Positions 16,914 to 26,576 of a DNA stretch of 34,851 nt are shown here, piece by piece. The stretch's first letter is position 1; each line of letters starts with the position of its first letter. Under the pieces are notes generated by a model that was given only the letters and a program-made list of their open reading frames with translations, was not told the DNA's origin and ran no database searches. The stretch is from a bacterium SM23_31 (GTDB lineage Bacteria > SM23-31), in the NCBI GenBank assembly GCA_001304035.1, contig LJUD01000001.1, forward strand, positions 1 through 34,851, given 5' to 3'. Position numbers and translations under genes: made by a program.

Positions 16914-17444
16914 CTATAGGTTCACACCCCTTTTACGGCCGATTCTTCGCATTATAACTGTAGCACCTAATACTGATACGAAAAGAACCGTTGCTTCACC
17001 CAATGTATCATAGGCTCGATAGTCCAGTATTATAGAAGTTACTATATTGCTTGCCCCGGTTTCAGCCAGCCCGTTATCCAGATAATGTTGTGAAGTTCTC
17101 ATTAAAGACTCACCAAATGCATGCATTTCCAGAAATGCGTATGATGCGAATACCAGAAACAGCCCCACAAAGACCAAACTTGACACCATAGCAAAGGTAT
17201 CTCGATGTTTCTCGATGGCAGTATTATCCACAGAAATAGTCGCCCGAATTAAAATAACGAGTGCTAAAATTTCAACAACTACCTGAGTAATCGCAAGGTC
17301 CGGCGCTCCCAGCATCAAAAATAGTATACTGAGTGTAAAACCAACTATTCCAACCGATATGACCGAAGAAAGTAGATTGCGTGTTTCTATTGCAACAATT
17401 GATCCCAGAATCATAATCGCTAATAGGGTGTAAAAAACGAGCAT
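16914..17444 (-). CDS. MbhD/MbhE-like subunit (DUF4040 plus MrpA C-terminal/MnhB N-terminal-like segment)
   Basis: GAPDLAITQVVVE (DUF4040-like) and NIVTSIILDYRAYDTLGEATVLF motifs. Confidence 0.65.
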   Translation of the reverse strand: MLVFYTLLAIMILGSIVAIETRNLLSSVISVGIVGFTLSILFLMLGAPDLAITQVVVEILALVILIRATISVDNTAIEKHRDTFAMVSSLVFVGLFLVFASYAFLEMHAFGESLMRTSQHYLDNGLAETGASNIVTSIILDYRAYDTLGEATVLFVSVLGATVIMRRIGRKRGVNL

Positions 17445-17464
17445 AAAGCCCTCTCATTGAAAAT

Positions 17465-19291
17465 TTAGCGGACTAAAATGAACAAAAGAATTCCCAATCC
17501 TATAATACACCAGGACAGGTACGTAGATAAGACTCCGTTATGTAAAGCACGGAGGCTCTGAACTAAAATATTCCCGATACGACCGCCCAGATTGTAAATA
17601 TCAAACGTTCCTTTTTCACCGTCCCGGTATGCACCTTTTAAACCACCCATATCGATTATAGTATTATAAAAGTCCGTACCGTGAACAGGCTTCAGTCTGT
17701 CTGAAAACTCGCTACCTCCTACAAATACTTCTGCCTGCCTTTTTGTTAAGAATTTTCCGAGCAGAAATATTAACATACCAATGACGAGACCTGCTAAAAT
17801 CAGCCCGGTAGCCAGAGTAGGGTCCCATATTGCATCACTTGCGACAGGAACGGCACTCTGGGGATAACTTCCCTCTACTGCCGGGATTAACAGGTATTTC
17901 ATCGGCAAACTGGCAAAAACTCCAAATATAATGCACAATGCTGCCAGAACTACTAAAGGTGCACCCAATGAAAATCCTTCTTTTTTCATTTTCTCAGAAC
18001 CAGGCGCAGGGCTTCCAAAAAAGACAGAATGGATAACCTTGACAAATGAAGCAAGAGTTAAAGCACTACCAAACATTGCAGCAACGAGGAAAATGGGCTG
18101 ATTAATATCAACCAGACTCTGGTAGATTAACCATTTCGAAAAGAATCCATTTAATGGCGGAATACCGGAAATGGCAAGCGATGCTATAACCATTGATATA
18201 AATGTATACGGCAATATCCTTGCAAGACCGCCTAATTTATCCAAAGCGGTTGTTCCGGCACGGTTTTCTACAACAGCGCTTCCAAGAAACAAACAACTCT
18301 TATATATGGCATGATTTATCATGTGGAAAAGTCCACCGATAACCCCGACCATCGTTCCCGTCCCAATTCCCAGTACCATATATCCAACCTGGCTTACTGC
18401 GTGAAAAGAGAGGAGTTTTTTAAGGTTATGCTGAATGAGAGCCATCATAACGCTTACGATAATCGTAACAGCGCCGATAATTAACATGAGCATTGAAAGG
18501 CTATGGGAAACCTTGAAAATAGATAGATTGATTAATCCTAAGAAGTAAATTCCCAGCAATTTATCAAGCGCTGCCGGAAGAAACGCCATGACCGGTGTCG
18601 GAGCAGATTCTGAGATTGCAGGTATCCATGAATGAACCGGAATAGCTCCGGCTTTTGCCAGGGTTGCTACTAAAAAGAAGATAAATACAGCGGTTGTAAG
18701 CCCACTCTCAACGGGAATTGTCAATGCACTTATCCGGAGTGTACCATATTGAACCCATATAATAACTATTCCTAATAAAAGTAGTACATCGGAAAGACCC
18801 AATATTACAAAACTTTTCCCCGCTGCTGCATTAGCCGTACCTTTGCCCATATTTATGAGGTAATACAATAGAACCGTTGTAACTTCCCAGCATAACAGTA
18901 GCAGAAATAAATTATCGGCGGTAACAATCCCTATTGATACAGTGACAGTCCAAAGGATAAAGGGAAAATAAAACCGGGAAATTTCGCGGTTAGCATAATA
19001 TCCTGCGGAAAAGACGCTGATAATAACTCCAAAAAATGTAATAAAAAGTAATCCCATTAATCCTAATCGTGTCAGGGTAAAATCTAAGGAGAATGTGAGA
19101 TTGTCCACCGTGAACCATTCCCAACCGGCGGATATACCGGATTTTCCAATCAAAGCTAATGCGCTGATAAAACCCAGCAGCGCCCCTGCTATGGTTAAAA
19201 AATTTGTCAGAAAGGGAATTCGCCTGGGTAAAATGAATAACACTAATCCGAATAAACCTGTAAAAAAGACTGGATATAATAACTCATTCAT
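17465..19291 (-). CDS. Antiporter-like large membrane subunit (MrpA/NuoL/HycC family)
   Basis: 608 aa and polytopic. Motifs VHSWIPAISESAPTPVMAFL and LLSFHAVSQVGYM. Confidence 0.85.
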   Translation of the reverse strand: MNELLYPVFFTGLFGLVLFILPRRIPFLTNFLTIAGALLGFISALALIGKSGISAGWEWFTVDNLTFSLDFTLTRLGLMGLLFITFFGVIISVFSAGYYANREISRFYFPFILWTVTVSIGIVTADNLFLLLLCWEVTTVLLYYLINMGKGTANAAAGKSFVILGLSDVLLLLGIVIIWVQYGTLRISALTIPVESGLTTAVFIFFLVATLAKAGAIPVHSWIPAISESAPTPVMAFLPAALDKLLGIYFLGLINLSIFKVSHSLSMLMLIIGAVTIIVSVMMALIQHNLKKLLSFHAVSQVGYMVLGIGTGTMVGVIGGLFHMINHAIYKSCLFLGSAVVENRAGTTALDKLGGLARILPYTFISMVIASLAISGIPPLNGFFSKWLIYQSLVDINQPIFLVAAMFGSALTLASFVKVIHSVFFGSPAPGSEKMKKEGFSLGAPLVVLAALCIIFGVFASLPMKYLLIPAVEGSYPQSAVPVASDAIWDPTLATGLILAGLVIGMLIFLLGKFLTKRQAEVFVGGSEFSDRLKPVHGTDFYNTIIDMGGLKGAYRDGEKGTFDIYNLGGRIGNILVQSLRALHNGVLSTYLSWCIIGLGILLFILVR

Positions 19292-19429
19292 GGACTTTTA
19301 CCTTAACTATTACTATTAAGCTTCTTTATCTCCCGAAAGTACGTGCCCGAATTCATTACAGCAGGGTCGACAAGGAACTCACTTTTCCGGATAATCCAAA
19401 TGTCATATAATCATTCACATCCGGGTTTT

Positions 19430-20644
19430 TCAAAATTCTAATTTCAAGGGAAGATCAGGTGGTCTTCCTAATTCCCTGGCAATTGCTTTTGTCTTTTCCT
19501 GTCCCATCCGTACCAGGTCATTGCCGGTATATATTATCTTTCCGGAACCGGGGTCAACAACTACTGCCATCCGTTCAGTACAACTGTAGCAGGGGTCGCA
19601 TGAGGCAAGAGTTATAGTAACATCACTGATAGATTCACCGATACAGGAAGCATGGAAGGATGGAACATTCACATTACTGGGTGCGCGAACCTTCCACCGT
19701 TCCGGCATATTCGTTCCGTTGGAGCGCACATAATGAATATCTTCACCCCTGGGGGCTTCGTAGCGTCCTATACCCTCTCCGACAGGTATTTGTTTTATTG
19801 TATTTAAAATAGGACCTTTTGGAAACTGTTTCACACACTGTTCAACGATTTTAGTGGATTCAATGATTTCCAACAATCGTACTGCCACTTTGGCAAAGAC
19901 ATCGCCATCTTTCCATACAATAACTTCCCAGTCTACTTCATCGTAAGCGCCGTAAGGTTCATCCCGCCTAACATCGGTATCGACTCCGGAAGCCCTTGCT
20001 GTAGGACCAACAACACACCAGTCTACAGCATCTTCATAGGTTAATACGCCAACATTTTTGGTACGGGAATGGATAACCGGGTCGTCGATTACCGCTTCCA
20101 ATAACATTTTTGTCTGTCCCCGGAGGGTACTCATGATTTCTAATAATTTGGGAAAATGTTTTTCATCAAGGTCGCGGCGTACGCCTCCGGGTTTCAAGAT
20201 ACTGGATGTTCGACGATTGCCCGTCAGCGCTTCAAGTATATCCAGGACCGGTTCCCGGTATTTCCATGCCCACATAAAGACCGTATTATATCCAATGAAA
20301 TGTCCGGCTAATCCCGCCCAGAGGAGGTGACTGTGACACCGTTCCAGCTCACCGAGTATCGTCCGAATATACGCTGTCCGTTTCGGAATTTCAATCCCTA
20401 AAAGATTTTCCACGGCATGGCAGAAACAGACCGTATGTGTAACCGAACAAATTCCGCAGATTCGCTCCGTCTGAATAACTACCTGATCATAAGTTTTGCT
20501 TTGCCCCAGCAATTCATGACCTTTATGTATATATCCCATATTGGCTTCTATATCGACAACCTTTTCCCCTTCGACCGTTAATAGAAAGTTTGCCGGTTCA
20601 TCTTGAAGAGGATGAAACGGACCAATGGGAATTACTGTGCTCAT
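19430..20644 (-). CDS. Group-4 [NiFe]-hydrogenase large subunit (NuoD/HycE/MbhL-like) with long C-terminal extension
   Basis: GPFHP, RICGICSVTH and DPCYSCTER motifs, followed by a 46-aa tail. ATGA overlap with the NuoC-like gene. Confidence 0.9.
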   Translation of the reverse strand: MSTVIPIGPFHPLQDEPANFLLTVEGEKVVDIEANMGYIHKGHELLGQSKTYDQVVIQTERICGICSVTHTVCFCHAVENLLGIEIPKRTAYIRTILGELERCHSHLLWAGLAGHFIGYNTVFMWAWKYREPVLDILEALTGNRRTSSILKPGGVRRDLDEKHFPKLLEIMSTLRGQTKMLLEAVIDDPVIHSRTKNVGVLTYEDAVDWCVVGPTARASGVDTDVRRDEPYGAYDEVDWEVIVWKDGDVFAKVAVRLLEIIESTKIVEQCVKQFPKGPILNTIKQIPVGEGIGRYEAPRGEDIHYVRSNGTNMPERWKVRAPSNVNVPSFHASCIGESISDVTITLASCDPCYSCTERMAVVVDPGSGKIIYTGNDLVRMGQEKTKAIARELGRPPDLPLKLEF

Positions 20645-21108
20645 GCTTCACCTATACTTTCTCTGAATTTTTCCAGGTCAAAGTCTTTTCGCAATGGATA
20701 TACATCTTCCGGGATACTACGAGCCTTGAACAGTCTTTTCAACTTGGGATGTCCCTTAAAGACCACACCTAAAAAATCGTGAATTTCCCGTTCAATCCAA
20801 TATGCGCCTTTCAGAATATCCTGGACACTGTCCAGCTCCGGCATATGTTTCGGAGTCGTTACCCGAATTGTAGCAACCAGGGGGAAACCATTAAATGAAA
20901 AGTGGTACATAACTTCAATGCCTTCCCGTACTTCTATCCCCGTTGCAGTAGAAAGCCTGCCCTTTTTTTCTTTATAAACATACTGAATAACTTCACGGAG
21001 GTCTTTCGGTTGAACCCGGACATACAGCCTCTTATCTGAAGCGGTTTCAAAGCGTACCTTTTCGGAAAAAGTCTCAGAAAGATAGAACGTCATTTCTTTG
21101 GCGGTCAT
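20641..21108 (-). CDS. NuoC/MbhK-like 30-kDa-family subunit (separate from the large subunit)
   Basis: GAYWIEREIHDFLGVVFKGHP motif. Start moved to ATG 21108 (ATGA overlap with the NuoB-like stop). The track start 21180 would overlap the upstream gene by 76 nt. Confidence 0.8.
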   Translation of the reverse strand: MTAKEMTFYLSETFSEKVRFETASDKRLYVRVQPKDLREVIQYVYKEKKGRLSTATGIEVREGIEVMYHFSFNGFPLVATIRVTTPKHMPELDSVQDILKGAYWIEREIHDFLGVVFKGHPKLKRLFKARSIPEDVYPLRKDFDLEKFRESIGEA

Positions 21109-21551
21109 TTTGCTACTCCATTTAAAGATTGCAGGGCTTTCACTATCCCCATAATGATAGCCTCCGGTCGGGGTGGACAACCAGGAATGTATACAATTAT
21201 TGCATTCGGATCGATAGCCCGAATAACCTTGTCCGGGGGACCTGACACACTGTACGCATCTTTAAAAATACCCATAGAACAGGCACATACGCCAACACAC
21301 GCTACAACACACGGCTTGGGAGTTTCCCGATATACCTGTTCTAAAGGTTCTTTGCAATGGGATGCTACCGGACCGCTGACAAGCAAAATATCAGCGTGAC
21401 GAGGGCTTCCCACAAGTTTTATCCCGAAACGTTCTATATCAAATCGAGGGGTTAAACAATCTAATATTTCTATATCACAATTATTGCAGCCGCTCGTCCC
21501 TACGTGATATACCCATGGAGACTTTATTAATGCTTTCTTAAATATATCCAT
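21105..21551 (-). CDS. Group-4 hydrogenase small subunit (NuoB/HycG/MbhJ-like)
   Basis: GCNNC, SPRHADILLVSG and IPGCPPRPE motifs. Confidence 0.85.
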   Translation of the reverse strand: MDIFKKALIKSPWVYHVGTSGCNNCDIEILDCLTPRFDIERFGIKLVGSPRHADILLVSGPVASHCKEPLEQVYRETPKPCVVACVGVCACSMGIFKDAYSVSGPPDKVIRAIDPNAIIVYIPGCPPRPEAIIMGIVKALQSLNGVAK

Positions 21552-21622
21552 TTGCCCTTATATAATCTTAAATTGAAAAGTAATTGGTTTTTTTTCGATT
21601 ATTAAAAATACCTTTCAAAATT

Positions 21623-22558
21623 TTAATAACCAAAATAGGCTAAAATCATTGCCAATATAGCAATTAGTGTCATCGGACCCCAGAAAAACCGCATTGCAGT
21701 ATCAATTCTTAACCGGGGATTCGTATTTTTTATTAGAATAAATACTACAGCGATAGCCAGAATTTTTAGAATCGACCACAGGATGTGCAAACCCGTGAAC
21801 GGCAGCCCTCCCAGAAAAATGAGCGATAAAAATATTGTCAGTACAAAAAAGGACATGGCTTGGGTTAATTTGATGAGGGCCAATGCCACCCCGGAGTATT
21901 CAAGTATAGCCCCTTCCATGAGTTCCGTATCGGCTTCCGCCATATCAAAGGGGGGTAAGCCTAATTTTGCGACCGTGCAGATAATCGCTACCAAAAAAGC
22001 CAATATAACGGAAATATTGGCAATGACAAATCCTCCCTCTTGTTGAATGAGTATAATATTACCAAGAGACAGAGTGTGTAACTTAAATGCTACTACCAAT
22101 ACAGATATGATAAACGGGAGTTCGTATCCGAGGGTAAGTTTCATCTCACGGCTCGCACCAATGGCAGAAAAAGGATTCCCCGAAGAGGTTCCTCCCAAAA
22201 CAATGGCAAGAGACGGTAATGCCAAAAGGTAAAATATAACAATCAAATCCCCAACAAAAGTTTTGGCAGGGTTGAGATTCGTTAACCATAAGATCATCGA
22301 AACGAGAGCAATTCCAACAAATCCGATAAGGGGCGCCAATAAAAAACCGGTTTTACTGCTTATTCTGGGTACAATTAATTCTTTGCCAAGGAGTTTCATT
22401 ACATCATAAAACGGCTGTAAAAATGGGGGCCCTTTACGCCATTGTACACGGGCAGAAACTTTCCGGTCTACCCATTGAAACACCAATCCAACGACAGCAG
22501 TGAACAGAATCCCCGGAAAGAAAAGAAACGCAACAATGTAAAAAGCCACATTATCCAT
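21623..22558 (-). CDS. NuoH/HycD/MbhM-like membrane subunit
   Basis: 311 aa. WVDRKVSARVQWRKGP and FDMAEADTELMEG motifs. Confidence 0.85.
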   Translation of the reverse strand: MDNVAFYIVAFLFFPGILFTAVVGLVFQWVDRKVSARVQWRKGPPFLQPFYDVMKLLGKELIVPRISSKTGFLLAPLIGFVGIALVSMILWLTNLNPAKTFVGDLIVIFYLLALPSLAIVLGGTSSGNPFSAIGASREMKLTLGYELPFIISVLVVAFKLHTLSLGNIILIQQEGGFVIANISVILAFLVAIICTVAKLGLPPFDMAEADTELMEGAILEYSGVALALIKLTQAMSFFVLTIFLSLIFLGGLPFTGLHILWSILKILAIAVVFILIKNTNPRLRIDTAMRFFWGPMTLIAILAMILAYFGY

Positions 22559-22592
22559 ATGTTTTAAACCCTTGCTGGAGAATATATTTATC

Positions 22593-23342
22593 TTAAGAAA
22601 ATTGTACGCGCAATCCCTCTAAAGTTTTAAGATTTTCTTTAGAACGCACATCATCCGGGTCAAGCTCCACCGCCCGTCGAAAGGCTGCGATAGATGCATC
22701 CAGGTCTCCTTTCTTATAAAATGCTATACCCAGATGATAGTTGGCAATGGCATCATCCGGATTCGTTTCCAGAAATTTTTTAAATGTCTCAATTGTTTCG
22801 TCCGTTAGACCTTTTGTAGCGCAGACAATCCCTAAATGATAATACGCAATAATAAAATTCGGATGGGCTTCAATTAATTTTCTATAGGCTTCACAGGCTT
22901 CGTCCATTTTGCCCTGGTGGTAATATACACTTCCCAACCAATACAGGGCATTATGAAAATCCGGATTTAATTCTAATGCCTTTTTAAACTCCTTGACTGC
23001 TTTATCAATTTTTGCTTCCTGATGATATGCCAACCCGAGGCTGTAATGTATATCAGCCCTGTGGGGGGCTAAGGCGAGGGCACGTTCAAGATGATAAACC
23101 GCCTCTTTCAATTTGGCAGAGCGATAATATGCATTCCCGACATGGAGGTGAATATCTCCTCTGGGTTCTAATTTTAATATTTTTTCAAACTCTGCAATGG
23201 ACTCCAGATACAACCCTTTCAATTCCAATTCCCAGGCTCCCGCTAAAATAGACTGTACACCAGTAATTCTCAGGTCATATCCGCATTCAATACAATACTT
23301 ATTCTCAGGTAGATTGTCAGTTTTACAACGTGTGCATTTCAT
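22593..23342 (-). CDS. Zinc-ribbon plus TPR-repeat protein
   Basis: N-terminal CTRCKT...CIECG ribbon, then about 5-6 TPR-like units (repeated YYxxGxxxEAxxxxxKALELxP pattern). Confidence 0.7.
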   Translation of the reverse strand: MKCTRCKTDNLPENKYCIECGYDLRITGVQSILAGAWELELKGLYLESIAEFEKILKLEPRGDIHLHVGNAYYRSAKLKEAVYHLERALALAPHRADIHYSLGLAYHQEAKIDKAVKEFKKALELNPDFHNALYWLGSVYYHQGKMDEACEAYRKLIEAHPNFIIAYYHLGIVCATKGLTDETIETFKKFLETNPDDAIANYHLGIAFYKKGDLDASIAAFRRAVELDPDDVRSKENLKTLEGLRVQFS

Positions 23343-23379
23343 ATACTATAACCCTCCTAATTGTTACGTATATTTCACC

Positions 23380-23871
23380 TTACATTCTTCGTATAATAGC
23401 ACGGGATGAAATCCGACCGCCTATCCATACTTCTTCAGCACTCGCCTCGGTGATTTCTTCAAAACTCAGTGCACCCGAAGTACAAGTCGCTACACATCTG
23501 GGGATTTTTTCATTTAATACCCGGTCTATACAGAGGTCACATTTTGCTGTAACATGCTTCATAAGGTCTATACTGATCACCCCAAATGGACAGGCAAATA
23601 CACAAGAATGACAACCGATGCATAATAAATTGGATCGATGAACAAATCCATATTCATCTTTTTGCAGTGCCTCTGTCGGACATGCTTCAACACAGGCGGG
23701 CTTTTCGCAATGCCGGCAATGGAGGGGCAGAATGGCGATTTCCCCAATCCTGCCGAGCATGACATTCGCCTGTTCATGATATCCGAGAGCACAGGCAGCA
23801 ACACAACTCTGGCATCCTATACACAGGTCAAGATCTAAAATAATTCGTTTATTAATTTTCTTCTTCTCCAT
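23380..23871 (-). CDS. Multi-[4Fe-4S] ferredoxin, HycB/DmsB-like
   Basis: CIGCQSCVAAC, CRHCEKPACVEACP, CIGCHSCVFACP and CDLC...C motifs. Confidence 0.8.
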   Translation of the reverse strand: MEKKKINKRIILDLDLCIGCQSCVAACALGYHEQANVMLGRIGEIAILPLHCRHCEKPACVEACPTEALQKDEYGFVHRSNLLCIGCHSCVFACPFGVISIDLMKHVTAKCDLCIDRVLNEKIPRCVATCTSGALSFEEITEASAEEVWIGGRISSRAIIRRM

Positions 23872-23878
23872 GATTCAC

Positions 23879-25717
23879 TCAGAGAAATTCTACGCTCACT
23901 TTTGCAGGTTTAATATTCAAATAGCCCCACTGGGGGAGCATTTCCCACTGCAACAGGCTCCGGATTTGTGGAAAATGAACCGGTGCAATGATCATCCCTT
24001 TTTCAGCTCGACGGCTTACTTTTACCGGGATAGTAATCTTATTTTCACTGGAACTTATCCGAACCATCCCCGAAATGTGCACTCCATTTTCCCCTTCTGC
24101 AATCATAGCTATTGGTTCCGGGCACATGCGCTGGGACCAGGATAAATACTGAGTAATTGCTCCATCACCCGAATGGGAAAAATCATTATTCGGAACCAGC
24201 ATTTTTTGATTAGATTCAACTGCTGAATTATCTTTTATTAAATCTTTAATCTCTATGAAGTGATTGGCAATATCCTCTTCGGTTTCCTGCGCTGCGGCTT
24301 CAGGTGGCTCGATTTGCTTTTTATCAAATCCTTTTTGGTGAAGAGCATCGATGAGAATGGATAGAATCCCTCCGGTTGTTTTTATATGTCCGGGAGGCGA
24401 TAAAACAGCGTCCAATTTCAGAGAGTTGCCCAACATATTAATAGTGGTGCCTGTTTTTTCAACCCAGGGAGCGGCAGGCAGTATGACATGTGAGAATCCC
24501 GTTGTATCATTAGGAAAAATGGAAGTGCTTAATAAAAAGTCGAGCTTCTTTATGGCATTGGTTGCCCGTGTGCCCGGAAAAGTCCTGATAATGTCGACAC
24601 CAAAATTCAATAATACTTTCAGGCTTCCTTTTTCAGCAGCTTCTATCATTTGTGAAGCGGTCATCCCTGCAGCGGGCTTAAAGTTAGCAATGGCTTCATG
24701 CATTCCCAGAGAATTGGCACCAGTAAAAACCGGAAGGAAATAACTATCCGTAGCATCCGATAGTGCCTGACATAATTCTGTTACCAAGTCTGCCCGATCA
24801 TATACACCAAAACCTGATACCAGGGTCACTATAGAAGGTTTTTCCCGCATCATCAAACCGGCGGCAGATTGAATTTGATCAAGGCTCACACCGGTGAGCT
24901 TGCAAATATCCTCGATTTCTATAGAGTCTAATACATGCTTAACGGCTGCTTTCCATGGTATAGCTTGTTGTTTACCTATTTGTTCAAGTAAGAGTATTAA
25001 GATACCCGTTAGAACCATTACTTCAGTTCCCGGATTAGCCCGCAGATGGAGGTCAGCAAACCATCCGGTATTTGAATTAGAAGATTCAAGGACTACCATC
25101 TTGTTAGCCCGCTGGTCGTATTTGGCTTTAAGAAAATGTCTTGATAGAACAGGGCTTACACCAAACACGTCCCCGACAATAAAAGATGTATGCATTCCAT
25201 CGATTTCTTCAATACTTGGCAGTCTTTTCTGAAAGAATGCTCCCTGCCGGATCTTAGCGAGAATAGGCTCGTCTTCTAATGCACAATAATCGATATGGGG
25301 GGTTCCGATAATTTGGGCGAGGTCTATTGCCTGCTCTGTTTCCTCAATGGTAAGATAAGGACTGAGCATAATACCTACACTCTCTGCCCCATTTTTCTCG
25401 ACCAGAGCGGCTATTTGCTCTATTATATCTGTCGTTACATTCTCCCAGTGTACGTCCCGGTATCCTGATGATTTCAGGATCCGGGGTCCCGGGATACGTT
25501 TCGGATGATGTAATAATTCAAATAAATAATTGCACTTGCCGCACAATGATCCCCGGTTAATGGGATTATCCAGTTGATATTCCAGTTCATTAGTAGCAAT
25601 GGGCTGATAATAAACCCTGTCTTCTCCTCGATTTACGGTTAATCCACACCCGAGTGAACAGAAAAAACAGATTGTATTTCGTGGTTCTTTCATACTTATT
25701 AGCTCATGTCTTATCAA
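23879..25717 (-). CDS. Molybdopterin-oxidoreductase-family subunit, FdhF-like but lacking formate-dehydrogenase catalytic residues
   Basis: N-terminal CFFCSLGCG...CGKC [4Fe-4S] motif and a C-terminal molybdopterin-binding-like barrel (ITIPVKVSRRAEKGMIIAPVHF). TTG start at 25717; ATG alternative at 25693. Confidence 0.75.
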   Translation of the reverse strand: MIRHELISMKEPRNTICFFCSLGCGLTVNRGEDRVYYQPIATNELEYQLDNPINRGSLCGKCNYLFELLHHPKRIPGPRILKSSGYRDVHWENVTTDIIEQIAALVEKNGAESVGIMLSPYLTIEETEQAIDLAQIIGTPHIDYCALEDEPILAKIRQGAFFQKRLPSIEEIDGMHTSFIVGDVFGVSPVLSRHFLKAKYDQRANKMVVLESSNSNTGWFADLHLRANPGTEVMVLTGILILLLEQIGKQQAIPWKAAVKHVLDSIEIEDICKLTGVSLDQIQSAAGLMMREKPSIVTLVSGFGVYDRADLVTELCQALSDATDSYFLPVFTGANSLGMHEAIANFKPAAGMTASQMIEAAEKGSLKVLLNFGVDIIRTFPGTRATNAIKKLDFLLSTSIFPNDTTGFSHVILPAAPWVEKTGTTINMLGNSLKLDAVLSPPGHIKTTGGILSILIDALHQKGFDKKQIEPPEAAAQETEEDIANHFIEIKDLIKDNSAVESNQKMLVPNNDFSHSGDGAITQYLSWSQRMCPEPIAMIAEGENGVHISGMVRISSSENKITIPVKVSRRAEKGMIIAPVHFPQIRSLLQWEMLPQWGYLNIKPAKVSVEFL

Positions 25718-25724
25718 CTATATT

Positions 25725-26552
25725 TTAGCCCAAAACTCCGGGAAAGTCTTTAATCAGGTCATAATTCATATCCGGGCCGTCTTTACACAGATAATATGGG
25801 CCGACGTTGCATCGCCCGCATATCCCCATTCCACAGCTCATATTCCTGTTCATAGAAAGGTATATTTGCTTTGGAGTAAATTTGGCATTCAACAGACTTA
25901 AAGTGACAAATTTTAACATCACTTCCGGTCCACATACAACTGAATAGCTATTGTTGAGATTAATATCCAGAACTTTCAGTAATTCCGTAACTAATCCTAC
26001 ATTACCTTCCCATCCCGGATGGGGAGTGTCAATGGTAATGGTCATATCGACTTTTTTATATTTTGCCCATTCATCAAAAAACTTGTAATAGACTAATTCC
26101 TCCGGATTTTTTGCGCCATATTTGATAGATACACGTTCGACTTTGTCAATGTCATGAAAAAGAGCTAAGAGGAGGGCTCTCAGGGGCGCAAGTCCTACTC
26201 CGCCGCCAACTACCAAAATTTCCTTTTTATAAAACTTCTCCAAGGGATATCCCTTACCAAACGGTCCCCGTAATCCTACTATATCACCCGGCTTCAATTT
26301 ATGCAAGGCATCCGTTACTGTTCCTGCTTTGAGTACCGTAATTTCCAACCGTTCAGGTTCATAAGGTGAGGAAGACGGAGTAAACGGGGCTTCCCCCACA
26401 CCGGGAACGGTTAACTGCATAAACTGTCCTGCCCGGAAATGAATAGGGGGATCGGGACACGTTACAAATGTCTTAATAGTCGGTGTTTCAGTTATAACAT
26501 CTTCTAAAGGGAGAAATACCGGTGCAAATATATTTTCCATGATTCCTGCCAT
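25725..26552 (-). CDS. FAD/NAD(P)-binding [2Fe-2S] oxidoreductase subunit (AsrB / sulfhydrogenase gamma / PyrK-like)
   Basis: GGGVGLAPLR nucleotide-binding motif and C-terminal CGMGICGRCNV...C cluster motif. Confidence 0.8.
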   Translation of the reverse strand: MAGIMENIFAPVFLPLEDVITETPTIKTFVTCPDPPIHFRAGQFMQLTVPGVGEAPFTPSSSPYEPERLEITVLKAGTVTDALHKLKPGDIVGLRGPFGKGYPLEKFYKKEILVVGGGVGLAPLRALLLALFHDIDKVERVSIKYGAKNPEELVYYKFFDEWAKYKKVDMTITIDTPHPGWEGNVGLVTELLKVLDINLNNSYSVVCGPEVMLKFVTLSLLNAKFTPKQIYLSMNRNMSCGMGICGRCNVGPYYLCKDGPDMNYDLIKDFPGVLG

Positions 26553-26576
26553 CTATTGATTCTTTGGAAAATAAGG

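Noticed and set aside
21109-21180. 24-codon N-terminal extension of the NuoC-like gene
   Set aside because: It overlaps the NuoB-like gene by 76 nt. ATG 21108 forms a classic ATGA coupling with the upstream stop.
19430-25717. Selenocysteine recoding in the hydrogenase large subunits or the FdhF-like gene
   Set aside because: No in-frame TGA interrupts these ORFs. The C-terminal Ni ligands read DPCMAC and DPCYSC (Cys, not Sec). The FdhF-aligned position is Asp.
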